From Candidatus Latescibacterota bacterium (GTDB lineage Bacteria; Latescibacterota; CBDEFO01): a DNA stretch of 64,000 nucleotides. Positions 20,627-31,912 of this stretch are shown here, one piece after another. Positions within the stretch are counted from its first letter, which is position 1, and every line of letters begins with the position of its first letter. The stretch lies in contig CBDEFO010000008.1 in the NCBI GenBank assembly GCA_965237525.1, forward strand, positions 1,184,001 to 1,248,000, given 5' to 3'. The notes below the pieces were generated by a model. The model saw only the letters and a program-made list of their open reading frames with translations. It was not told the origin of the DNA and did not search any database. A program made the translations under genes and the position numbers.

Positions 20627-21155
20627 GTGATTCCGTGTGCACGAAATCCTGGCGATCAGCCAAGAAAGATAACCACAGTGGCCGCCTCTGAGAACACCGA
20701 AGGTCGCAATAGATTCCAGTTTCGAATCCGTGCCAGCAGACTCATATCATCGAGGCGGTCCGAATGGAAATGGAGGCTTGCGGTCGTCGTTCTCGTTTTC
20801 GTATATCTTGTCCAAGACGCCATCGATCTTCGGTGGGAGTGGCTTTACCAACTCAAAGCGGTCGACGGCTTCAAATATGCCACCGGCACCTGTCTGATCC
20901 TGTATGTCGGATGGCAGTGGTACCTGTTCCTGGCGCGGCTTAAGCGATGGAAGGTCGGCCGCCTAATAGCGCTCCATCAAAGGAGTGGCGAGTCCCGTTG
21001 GAATCAAGATTCACAACAGATCTTACACAGCCTCCTGGGGGATTATCCACGTGATGCTGGACGCGCTGACGGTCATCCTGGGCCTCTTTCACGGCTATAT
21101 CGCGCTCTATTACAAACAGGGGAGTACGAGGACGAGCCCGAGAGCGGGCGCATGA
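20627..21155 (+). pseudogene. Membrane protein with His-containing TM helices, internally deleted or frameshifted
   Basis: TM segments up to LHQRSG; alternate frame gives WGIIHVMLDALTVILGLFHGYIALYY; follows the cytochrome genes. Confidence 0.5.
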
Positions 21156-21208
21156 ATGTCGCTGCCGGTGATCTCCTTGCGGCGCAAAGGTTTTCACCCT
21201 GTCCCAAA

Positions 21209-21870
21209 TCAGGTGATGTGGCCGGAGGCGATGTTGCCCAGGATTGACTTGGCGCAGACCTCGGCTGACGGGTATTCGTCGGTCTCGACCACGGCCCCGC
21301 GCATGCCACGGTAGGGCGAGACGGTCGACTGGTGATAGGCCAGGAAATCCTCGGGCATTGACTGGACCTCATTCTCCACCAGCCGGTTGACGACCCATTC
21401 GGCGTCCTCCCGGGCGTCCGCGTGGCTTGGCAGGAACTCGATCACCAGATCGAGGCCGGTCCCTGGACCCAGACGCCGATGGGGTCGTAACGCGGCGCCC
21501 GGATGCGGTCGAGCAGCGCGTACTCGACCATGTATCTCAGCTTCATGATGGCCAGTTCTCCGCGATCTCGATGTGCTCCTCGAGCAGTGCTTGATCGATC
21601 CGCTCGAACATCTCCCGGTTCTCCAGCTTGTACTCGCCCCAGCGGTCCCCGTCGGCCGCCAGATCCGACTCCAAGTCCGGGAAGATCAGCTCGACGTGAA
21701 AGCGCCGCTGGCGGTCGTTGACCAGGTCCAGCTCATAGGTGGCGTCCTGGGGACCAGCGGAGCACCTTGAGGGTGTGGGCGTGCTGGAAGCCCTCGTGGT
21801 AGTCGAGTGCCTTGAAGAACAGCCAGAAGTCGACCCGCGTAACGTTCCCCCGGGCGTCGAAGTGGGGGGC
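21209..21870 (-). pseudogene. Pair of overlapping GC-rich hypothetical genes, both frameshifted, the first 5'-truncated
   Basis: ...VDFWLFFKALDYHEGFQHAHTLKVLRW/QDATYELDL...ENWPS* overlaps MKLRYMVEYALLDR.../IEFLPSHADAREDAE... Confidence 0.45.
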
Positions 21871-23379
21871 CACGCGAAGCTTCGTACTGAGGGGAATACG
21901 TACGTTGTGGTGGATGCAGGTAGTACCAACGGCACGTTTGTAGACGACAAGAGAGTATCCCGCCAAGTATTGATGCCAGGTCAGACTATCAGATTCGATC
22001 TGGTTCAGTTTTAGTTTACAATAGCCCGAGTAGCAGCCAAGCTCGTGGGAAGGAGTGGCAGATATAGCGGGGTGGAGTCCTCTCTGGATAAAGAGACGAC
22101 TACTGTGAGGAGGGATTCTTCCTGTGAGCTGGTGCTGTCTGAAGAGACTGTGTCTGGATGCCACGCCAAGATCGAAAGGGCCGGCGACAGCTACACAGTA
22201 GCGGATTCGGGGAGCACGAACGGGACGTTCGTAAACGATCAGCAAGTGGCCGTAGGGGGGCTAAAAAACGGCGACGTCTTAAGGTTCGATAAGTGGGAGT
22301 TCGACTTCGACGACGGCACAAAGGATATGAGAGCCGAGCTTATGGGGCTTTTAAGACTGCCGTATCAAAACATTGTGTGCCAGTGGAGTGAACTTCCAGC
22401 TCATAACCTAGACCTGATCGTACACGATATCTCAAGGACCGACAAGACCTTTTGTGGCTATCTCCAGCTTGCGCTGAGAGCCAATCAGTTGTTTATGCTC
22501 TTCAGGGATGGAAAGATGGTAGGGGCCGGGAGAGAGCATGCCGGATTTTTAGAGGCCACAGATTTCCAGACCTTCTTTTCCATATCAAAGTCTAACGCGC
22601 AGATAAAGGTAGCTGTGTGTCGCACCGAAGGTAGGCTTCTCAACATGCTCTCTGTGGTGTTTAAGGAGACAGCAGATAGGAAAGAAGTGGTAGATGGCGA
22701 CTCTGTGGGTCAGCTTATGCAGAGTATCATGGGATCAGCCTCTTCTGACATCATATCCGTCGTAGCCGGGGACACTCTTTCTCTGGTAATGCTTGCTGAC
22801 GGACAGCCTTCAGATCTATTCCTTACGGATGGAGTCTCCGAAGATGGGGACGTTGTGGAGGAACTTATAAGAGCTGTCGAAGGCGCTGCAAGGGATGGGA
22901 AGATGACCCTGGAGTTCTATGCTGACTTGACAGTGGGCGACTGGAGCGATGAATTCTTCATTCCGCCCGATCATGTTGGCACAATGGTCGAGATTTGTCG
23001 GGACGTTTTTGGGACAATCTCAGAGGCCGTAGAAAGATCCGGAGAGTCAGCTGCCCGGGTGGGCGCCAGAGCCCTGGGCCGTGCATGTGCAGAGTTTCCT
23101 GATCTCTTCCAGGGGGTAGGGCTGACTCCAGATGGGTTCAACTTCGATAGGGACAGGGTTATCACGAACACAGCAGCCGTAAAGATGGCTGGTCGTTTAG
23201 AGACAGTTGGGGATGCCTTGATACGACTTATGACAGACTACTTAACCGATGCAAAGGACGTAAATGGGAGTGTGAAGAAGATTCTGGACAGAGAATTTGG
23301 AGATTTTGCAAAAAAATATCAAAAGAAGATATCGGCATCCAACCTAAGTGGATTTGTGACTGAGCTTGTAAGGGTATAA
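21871..23379 (+). pseudogene. Tandem-FHA protein with unknown C-terminal domain; 5' end lost, in-frame TAG at 22012
   Basis: Two HAK..D.GSTNGTFV FHA motifs in one frame, separated by TAG. Confidence 0.75.
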
Positions 23380-23409
23380 ATAGTAGACAGCACCTTTTAA
23401 AAGGCCGAA

Positions 23410-23681
23410 GTCAAGAAAACAATTCCACCATCCCGTAAAGTGTTGAGCTTTTCGGATTTGAGATGAGTTCTTTGACACACACAGACGTTTCGTTGAGCTT
23501 TGGCGGTCCAGCCGAGTTCGAATCTCTTGGTTGATCTGTCCATAAGCTGGCAGACAAGCACCTTTTGGGGCTTACAGTTAGGGAATTTGGCCTAACCGTT
23601 TCTTCTCACACGAAAGAAGCATCCCAGCTTCTATATCCGCAGGCGTCTGGCTTCCCAATCATACAGGCAAGTCTAAAGGAC
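23410..23681 (-). ncRNA. Putative bridge/seek RNA of the IS110 element
   Basis: ~270-nt non-coding region with hairpins (CTTCT/AGAAG, GGTTAGG/CCTAACT, TCTG-CCA/TGG-CAGA) and 9-10 nt matches to both element junctions. Confidence 0.6.
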
Positions 23682-24743
23682 TTAGCTGTCTACTCGGGTT
23701 TGCCAGACGCGGCCAGCTTTGGCTTTTGGAGCATCTATGCCTTTGAAGCTCTTGAAGGGTTCCTCCTTTTTCAGGACAAAATATGCGATCTTGGCCAGTT
23801 CTTTGGCCACAATAGTCGAAGCCACTTTAGGGTTAGTTTTTCGCAGTTTGCGATTATAGAATGTCTTGATCTGGGGATAGTGAGCGATTGCCCTTATGGC
23901 AGATTCTGTGAAGACATACTTTAGGTATCGATTGCCATCTTTGTTTGAGCTTTTGTGTCTTCGTTTGCCGCCGGAGTCTTTCGATCCTGGCACAAGGCGA
24001 CAGTAGGAGACGAAGTGTTTGTCATCGGGGAAGCGTTCAATATTGGCTGTTTCCAGAGAGATGGTGGCTGTTGCTATATGTCCGATGCCTGGGATAGAGA
24101 GTAGAAGTTGAGTCTCTGGTGTAGGTTTAAGTTGATCATTGATAGTCTTTTCTGTGAGTTTTATCTGGCGGTTCAATAGCTGGATGTTCTGAATATGGAG
24201 TCGGACACCCATTTTAGCCAGCTTTGGTAGGTCGAGTTGGCCAAGGAGTTTGAAGTTTTCAGGATGGTTCAACGGTGGTTTTGTGGGCAGAGTGATGTTG
24301 TATTTGCCGAGGGTCATGTGAATCGAGATTATATGGCTGGTTCGGTCGGCCACCAGGTTGAGTCTCTGGCGCATCGGGTCTCGTAGTGGTCGGAGCTCTT
24401 GGGGGACCTGATAAGAAGTAGGGATATAGTCCATTCTGAGAAGTTGGGCTAAAGTGTTTGAGTCGACCTTATCTGTTTTGACCTTGGCATAGCTTATGGC
24501 CTTCAGATATTTGGCGTGAGCGACTGTGCACGGGAATCCGTGGTCGTTGAGAAGGCCTGATATCCAATACCAGTTTGAGGTACATTCCACCACTGCCTTG
24601 TGGGGTTCATCAAAACTGGCAAAGTATTCCAGAATTGCCAGCTCATCGTTTCGGATTTTCTGTTGATTTAACACTTTTCCTCTTTGGTCCACTGTAGTGA
24701 TGAAACTGAATCTCTTGTGCAGATCGATTCCTGAAGAAAGCAT
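23682..24743 (-). CDS. IS110-family recombinase/transposase
   Basis: GGAGG RBS; GIDLHK, VVE, KTDKVDS, SIPGIG, P..KDSGG, GNRYLK motifs. Confidence 0.93.
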   Translation of the reverse strand: MLSSGIDLHKRFSFITTVDQRGKVLNQQKIRNDELAILEYFASFDEPHKAVVECTSNWYWISGLLNDHGFPCTVAHAKYLKAISYAKVKTDKVDSNTLAQLLRMDYIPTSYQVPQELRPLRDPMRQRLNLVADRTSHIISIHMTLGKYNITLPTKPPLNHPENFKLLGQLDLPKLAKMGVRLHIQNIQLLNRQIKLTEKTINDQLKPTPETQLLLSIPGIGHIATATISLETANIERFPDDKHFVSYCRLVPGSKDSGGKRRHKSSNKDGNRYLKYVFTESAIRAIAHYPQIKTFYNRKLRKTNPKVASTIVAKELAKIAYFVLKKEEPFKSFKGIDAPKAKAGRVWQTRVDS

Positions 24744-24848
24744 TGGACACCTCCTGGTCTTGGGTTTGGGATTTAGCTGAAAATAACTAAATCCTACCAA
24801 ATCAGGAAGGCCTTTTATATAATATCATACAGTAGAGAGCAAACAGGA

Positions 24849-24967
24849 AGATTGCTTGGCGACCCCCGGTTAAATCGGGGGTCGCGATGACAGGTGAGGG
24901 GTGCACAATCACATTGCAGGACTTGGGCATGTAGTCATTGCGAGGGGCTCTTGCCCCGAAGCAATCC
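24849..24967. repeat. GTCATTGCGAG...GAAGCAATC palindromic repeat family (also ~32887, 52975-53040, 53584-53626, 63443-63549)
   Basis: Recurring intergenic motif with internal hairpins, in both orientations. Confidence 0.7.
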
Positions 24968-25048
24968 TTGATAGATTCAATCGGGGACAATCTCAAGGGA
25001 TGGGAGGCGGTGCCCGTGACTACTGTCTGCTGACTTTGGAGGTACTGT

Positions 25049-25589
25049 ATGGCGAAGATTCTCTGCAAGTCTGGGAGTTTAAATGGCCAAGAGTTCGAAC
25101 TGACGGCGGAAAGTTATAAGATTGGAAGGGATGAGGGAAACGACATCGTTCTGACAGATGAGGGAATCTCGCGCAATCATGCTGAGATTAAAAAGGAGAA
25201 CGACGGATACATAGTAGCGGATCTGGGGAGCACAAACGGGACTTATGTGGATGAACAGAAGGTTACACGACACGTGTTAAAGAACGGTCAGACGGTTAGA
25301 CTTCATACAGTAGGAGTTCGGCTTTGTGGATGATGTCGCTGCGGGAAAGGAAGATTCAGGGGCCACTATGGTCAGACAGGCTGTACCGGAGGATGCAGGA
25401 ACCACTATGGTGAGACAGGCTGTACCCTCAGATGAAGAGGAAGAAAAGCCCGCCGCTGCACCTGGCAGACCTCAGCCTGCAAGGAGACCATCCAGAGAGC
25501 CGGAGAAAGGTGGAAGTGGCAAGATAATCGCTATCGTGGTAGTAGTTATAATTATAATAGCAGTTGTGGCCTATTTCGTCATGAAGTGA
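25049..25589 (+). pseudogene. FHA domain protein with C-terminal TM anchor, +1 frameshift near 25312
   Basis: IGR, ISRNHA, DLGSTNGT; corrected frame VEFGFVDD joins ORF 25326; hydrophobic tail. Confidence 0.8.
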
Positions 25590-25757
25590 GGTATAGGGAT
25601 CTAATCTGTTCAAAAAGAGTACAGAGTGAAGGTCTGAAATCTGGTGAGTTACCGGTAGTGTGACTGCTCAGCATGAGGCCGTAAACATATCTTCGATATT
25701 TTCTTTTGGCGACAGTAATACCCAACACGTAATATACAAGGTTCAAGGACGTTTGCG

Positions 25758-27916
25758 ATGGCATCGGATACGCCTAAGGACGGAGTTCCGAGAACAGATA
25801 GTTCGGAAAGTGGGGAAAAGTCCTCTGACACGCCTAAGGACGGACTTGAAAGCATAGATGCTCCTGGGGTGGGCAAGGTGGGAGGTCAGGGCAAGGATGC
25901 AGGAGTGACTCAGGTGTTCGCTCAACCTGTAGACGGAGGGGAGGAGGATTTAGATGAACTCCTAAAGCGTCATCTTTCGGATAAATACGAGATTATAACT
26001 GAGCTGGGGAGGGGCGGAATGGCTGTCGTGTATAAAGCCAGACATTTAGGTCTTGACAGGACGGATGCACTGAAGATCCTCCCGCAGGAGTACTCCTTTG
26101 ACGAGGAGTTCGTAAAGCGATTCCATCATGAAGCCAGGATGTCCGCCAGCCTGGATCATGCGAACATCGTCAGGATATACGATGTGGATCAGGCAGGTCC
26201 GATTAACTACTTCTCTATGCAGTTTGTGGACGGAAAATCGCTGTCCTCGATGATCGAAGACGGGGAGATCTCGTCCATAGACGAGGCTGTCTTCATCGCT
26301 CAGGAAGTCAGCAAAGCCCTCTCGTACGCTCACAGCGGGGGATAGTACACAGGGACATAAAGCCCGATAACATCATGCTGGACAGCCAGCACAGGGTGCT
26401 GGTGACGGATTTCGGCATCGCCAAGGCGGCGTCCGGTGTACAGCTTACGACCCCCAAAGGGGTGGCCATCGGGACGCCTCAGTATATGTCGCCTGAGCAA
26501 GCCAGAGGAAAGCCCGTAGATGGCAGGAGTGATATCTACTGTTTAGGAGTTGCTCTGTATGAGATGCTGACCGGGGAGGTCCCCTTCAAGAGTGACGATG
26601 CTACGGCGCTTATGTACCAGCACGTCCACGATATTCCGACCGAGCCTAAAAAGATCAATCCATCGCTGCCGGACGGCCTGAACAAGATTGTGATGAAGTG
26701 CCTTGAGAAGAAGCCGGAGGACAGATTCCAGAACGCAGACGATCTTTCAAACTCCCTGGAGACAGCAGACTTCCAGATCATAGAGTCGGGCGAAGGTCCT
26801 GTGGTCATTCAGCAGACCGAAGCCGCAACGACGACCGCTGTTCCAAGGAGGGCGCCGACAGCTCCTACAAGGAGAGTCAGGGTCGAAGAGAAGCCCAAAA
26901 CCAAGCTCTTCGCCATAGCGGGCGCTGTGATAGTGGCGGTCTTAGCCATTGCAGGCTTTTATATATGGAATCAGCAGAAGGAAGCTGAAGAAAAAGCGGT
27001 AAGTTTAGCTCTGACACGAAAGCAAGCAAGGGAGGACAGTTTGAGGTTTGCAAAGCGTGAAGCAGAGCGTCTTGAGCAGGCAAGACAGGACAGTGTAAAA
27101 CTGGCAGAGGCGGAAAGGAAGGCCAAAGAGGGAAAGGAAAAAGCCAGGCTGGCTGAACTTAGAAGGTAGCAGGAGGCAGAGGCCCGTAGCTCAGCTGAGG
27201 TGAACAGGCAAAGACAGCTTGCCGCTAATATGATCTTGATTGGCTCCGGTGAATTTATGATGGGAGCTAATGACGGTGACCCGGACGAGAGCCCGGCGCA
27301 TAAGGTCTATCTGAACTCCTTCTATATAGACAAAAACGAAGTTACCGTGTCCGATTACGAAAAGTTCTTTTTGGATACTGGACGGAGAGAACCCAGATAT
27401 TGGGAGGATTCCAAATTCAACGGCTCCAATCATCCTGTTATTGGCGTCAGTTGGCAGGACGCCAACGATTACTGCGAATGGGCGGGCAAGAGATTGCCTA
27501 CAGATGCAGAGTGGGAAGAGGCGGCAAAAGGCAGAGGTGGACAGAAGTACGCGTGGGGAAACTCAGCACCCGATGCTGGAGGGAAATACAGAGCCAACTA
27601 TGATCCTGGCAGTTACGATGAAGATGGATATAGTTTCACCGCTCCGATTTTAAGCTTTGCAGACGATAAGAGCCCCTACGGGGTTTTGGGCATGGCGGGA
27701 AATGCGAAGGAATGGGTCAGCGACTGGTATTCTGAGGACTACTATAAAGATACCTCAAATCGCAATCCCAAAGGACCTACCTTGGGCCGGGAGAAAGTCC
27801 TGAGGGGCGGTTCGTGGTACTATGCCAGTTCAGACCTTAGGACGACCTACAGATATAGCGATAATCCCAGAAAGAAAGATAACACTTACGGATTCCGGTG
27901 TGCCAAAAGTAAATGA
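25758..27916 (+). pseudogene. Membrane Ser/Thr kinase with extracellular FGE-sulfatase (SUMF1) domain; frameshift near 26340, TAG at 27167
   Basis: LGRGGMAVVY, HRDIKPDN (after correction), DFG, GTPQYMSPE, TM helix, RLPTDAEWE, RGGSW, GFRC. Confidence 0.85.
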
Positions 27917-28072
27917 ACAGTGGACAGGGCATCCTCCTTCTCGTGTCTACCTGCAAACAGGTAGTAGATAGGGGAAGATACAGGCAGTAGCGAGTAATTC
28001 AAAGCTGATTGCTCTTATTTTGACGATTTAATAACCTCTTCGAGTTTTAGACCCTCGCGTGGGGGTAAAATT

Positions 28073-29020
28073 ATGAAGATAAACGTTGCAGGGGACACAG
28101 ATGTAGGGGTGATCAGGGATCACAACGAGGATAGCTTCTCCATAGATAAAGATCAGAGCCTGCTCATAATGGCTGACGGAATGGGTGGGCACGCCGCAGG
28201 AGAAGTAGCCAGCACCGCTGCTGTGGAATCTATAAACCAGGATGTGGTTTCAAAGATACAGGAGGTCCAGGAGGGGGATGAAGGCGCGTACGGAAAGATT
28301 TTGAAAGATGCTGTAAAGTCAGCTAATCGCATGATATTCCAGATGGCAGAAGACGAGCCTGCCAAAAAGGGAATGGGAACTACAGTTACAGCGATGCTGA
28401 TCAAAGGTGAAAGCTACATCATTAGTCACGTGGGGGACAGCAGGGCATATTTGATTCGGGATGGGGGGATAACTCAGATCACCAAGGATCACTCGTTAGT
28501 TCAGGAGATGATTGACGGCGGGACATTAAGTCCCGAGGATGCCAGACATCATCCTGAAAGAAACATAGTCACCAGGTGTGTGGGCATAAATACGGAAGTG
28601 GAGGTGGACATCTATACAGGCACGCTGAAGGAGGGAGACCGTGTTTTGTTGTGCTGTGACGGGCTTTCCGGGCCAGTTGAAGACAGCGACATTTTGAGAG
28701 CTATTCTGGACAGCGGGAATCCGAGCGCTGTGTGCAGGCAGCTTATCTCAATGGCGAATCAGAACGGGGGACACGATAACGTTACTGCCATTTTAGCTGT
28801 GATGGGGGATGAGGAGGTAGATGAAGAGGACCGGAACGAAGAGAACGTGGACAAGACAGCTAAGTTATCTGCTATAGAGGACGTCCCGGAAACGGAAGTT
28901 GAACCTGAGACCGTGGGCGTCCACGCGGAGGAGCAGAGCAACAAAAGGTTCTGGATTGTACTGATCGTACTCGTGATATTGATGTTGATAGGTGTATTTA
29001 CGTTTGACTATTTTAGATAA
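28073..29020 (+). CDS. PP2C/Stp1-type Ser/Thr phosphatase with C-terminal TM
   Basis: RDHNED, ADGMGGH, MGTT, HVGDSR, DG, GGHDNVT motifs. Confidence 0.92.
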   Translation: MKINVAGDTDVGVIRDHNEDSFSIDKDQSLLIMADGMGGHAAGEVASTAAVESINQDVVSKIQEVQEGDEGAYGKILKDAVKSANRMIFQMAEDEPAKKGMGTTVTAMLIKGESYIISHVGDSRAYLIRDGGITQITKDHSLVQEMIDGGTLSPEDARHHPERNIVTRCVGINTEVEVDIYTGTLKEGDRVLLCCDGLSGPVEDSDILRAILDSGNPSAVCRQLISMANQNGGHDNVTAILAVMGDEEVDEEDRNEENVDKTAKLSAIEDVPETEVEPETVGVHAEEQSNKRFWIVLIVLVILMLIGVFTFDYFR

Positions 29021-29159
29021 TCGCTCCTGATTGGGGGAGCCAGATTTGCATTTTGGGTAGTGCAACGGTCATTTCGTAGTATGATGTGCGCAAAAGACGC
29101 AGATTCGGGGCAGTCTCGGTTGGGATTGCCCTCTTGTTTTTTGCCAAGGGGGTTTCAAA

Positions 29160-31902
29160 ATGCCAGAAAAAAAAGAAAAGCGTAAGGGGAAGTTCAGCTA
29201 TCTTCACCTTATTCTTGCAATAGCTGTGAGCACAGCCGTGGCAATAGCGCACTGGACGCATCTATATGACCAGTTGGAGTTCAGGCTGCACGATGCTTTC
29301 TTCAAGTTTAGCGGGGAGATAGAACAGTTTCCCAAGGTCGCCACTATGGATATAAACGAAGTAGCTCTTCAGACCCATGGAGAGTGGCCATGGACCAGGG
29401 ATAAACACGCAAAGGCCGTAGACATTCTTGCCAGATACAAAGCTAAACTGACGGTATTTGATGTATTCTTCTACGAGCCGAGTCCCCGTACAATACCTAA
29501 GAATGTACTGCGCGACGGGGCAGAGTACACGGCAGAAGATGTACGGAATCTCCTGAGCAGTTACGATGAGGATATGGCAAGGGCGATGAAGGAAGCGGGG
29601 AACGTGTATTTAGCGCAGACGTTCGAGCCGTCGGAAAATCAGGATATAGATTTTATCAAAATGAATACGAAGGCAAGAACTGGCGAAAAGGACGAGATCT
29701 TCGGCCTGTTGAAACTTTTTTCTCTTGACTATCCAGAGGGCGACAAGACCCAGATCTTCAAAATGACGGACATAGACGTTCCCCTGAGTGATTTTGTAAA
29801 GGCCGTGAGGGGCGTCGGCTTTGCTATGCCCGACGCCGACAGCGACGGTGTGGTCAGACGATACCGTCTGATCGTTATATACGAAGACAGGATCTTTTTC
29901 GCTTTAGGATTCATATCTGCCTGTGACTTTCTGGATGTCCCGTTGCAAAACGTGCAGATCGTTCCGGGAGAATACGTAAGATTGCCGAAGGCCCATCTTC
30001 CGGACGGAACAGTGCAGGATGTTACAATCCCGGTCAACGAAAAGTGTGAAATGATGGTAAATTGGGCTGGAGACTATCACGAGACATTCTCTCACTACCC
30101 GTATAATTTTGTAGTCGACTTTCCGAGGGCTGATATATTAAGTAATATAAAGAAACTAGTTTACGAGCACCCTGAATTCAGGGAGAAACCGGCAGAAGCC
30201 TTTGGGTTTGTGATGTCTCAGGATCTGGGGGACTCAACGGTTGTGGAGGATATATACAACGATCTAGATTTTTCCATGCTATTTCAGAGCCTGATAGAAT
30301 CAGGGATAACGTTGAATAAGTTTGCAGAGCTTCAGGGATTGGATGTGCACGACATTCCCAAACCGGCTGTCGATATGTTCAATCAGATAAAGACTAATAT
30401 TACGCTGGCGGATATGCTAAAGGAAGATCCGACTTTGATCCTGGAAGCGGCCGCCGAAAGACTCGGAGTAGAGAATGTCAAAGACATAGCGATTAATTAT
30501 AATAAAATAAAGAGCCTGATTCAAAACGGTGGTCTCAAGCCCGAAGACCATCCGCTGTACTTTTATCCAAGGGTCCTCGACGGAGTGGAGGTCACACCTG
30601 AGGATATTGAAGGTACAGTCTTTTTCGTGGGTGCCACAGCGGCTGGAACTCACGATCTGAACCCGACTCCCCACTCAAAGCGCTATCCTATGGTGGGTCT
30701 CCACGTCAACGCCTTTAACACTATCGTAACTGGCAACTTTCTGGAAAGGACTTCCAAGTCTACCAATATATTGATAATGCTCGGTTTCGGAGTTCTAGTA
30801 GGTCTTTTGATACCGAGATTACCACCATTTCTTGGAGCGGCCTTTGTATTCTGCGCTTTAGGTCTCTTTTTAGTCTTTTGTTACTTTGCCATGTTTCTGA
30901 GGTTCGGGACGCTGATGGATATGATAGGTCCGGTGTCCATTTTACTGTTGGGCTATCTGAGCATAACTATCTACAACTATATCAATGAGGAACAGGAAAA
31001 GAGATTCATTCAAGGGACGTTCGGACACTTTCTGTCTCCTGCTGTAGTAGAGCAGATGGTTGAAAACAAGGATATGCCTCAGTTGGGCGGTGAGGAAAGG
31101 GTCATAACGGCTTTTTTCTCCGATGTGGCTGGATTTACAAATATCTCTGAGAGTTTGACGCCTACAAAGCTCGTAGCACTTTTGAACGACTATCTGGGCG
31201 ATATGACGGACACCATAGATCAACAAAGGGGTACAGTGGACAAGTTCGAGGGTGACGCTATAATAGCCTTCTGGGGCGCTCCCATATATGTTTGAGGAAC
31301 ACGCCCAAAATGCGTGCTTGTCTTGCCTGGAAATGCAGAAGAAACTTTTAGAGCTTAAAGGGAAGTGGAAAGTGGAAGGCTGGTCAGACATAGTGGTGAA
31401 TATGCAGGTTAGGATGGGTATAAACACAGGTCCTATGGTCGTGGGAAACATGGGCTCCAGATCGAGGATGGACTATACGATCATGGGCGATGCGGTGAAC
31501 TTAGCGGCGCGACTTGAGCCGATCAACAAGCAGTATGGCACGTCGATCATGATAAGCGATGAATGCTACGAAGCGGCAAAGGATGTCATCGAGGCTCGAC
31601 AAATTGACAGGGTTCTGGTGGTTGGAAAGAAGGATTCGAGGGGGATTTATGAGGTTCTGGCTAAAAAAGGCGAGCTGGATCAAGAGAAGGCGGACGTCGT
31701 AGAACTGTTTGCAAGTGGGATTGAGATGCATAGACAGATGGAGTGGGACAAAGCCATTTCGTTCTTCGAAAGGGCGCTGAAGATTAACAGCACAGATGGT
31801 CCGTCGAAGGTATTTCTCAAAAGGGCCCAGGATTTTAAAAGCGGGAAGAAGGATCCTCCGGCTGATGATTGGGAAGGCGTGCACGTGCTGGATGAAAAGT
31901 GA
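29160..31902 (+). pseudogene. CHASE2-domain class III adenylate/guanylate cyclase, frameshift near 31290
   Basis: WPWTR and DSDGVVRR CHASE2 motifs; TM helices; FSDVAGFT, DKFEGDA, GDAVNLAARLE split over two frames. Confidence 0.85.
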
Positions 31903-31912
31903 TAAGAGTCCG

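Larger units (their letters stand above)
16676..20630 (+). pseudogene. DUF3365/Tll0287-like heme c protein, frameshifted near 16950 and split by IS1595 copy 2
   Basis: Removing 17062-20211 restores ...TTYFNEIKRTGEPQFFFDDDIKFQTAMFSDIAVGEACVSCHN. Confidence 0.8.
23391..24827 (-). mobile_element. IS110-family (IS1111-like) insertion sequence
   Basis: DEDD recombinase; subterminal IR TAAAAGGCC at 23398-23406 and 24809-24817; long downstream non-coding end; CA/TG core at both junctions restores a heptamer-repeat empty site. Confidence 0.8.
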
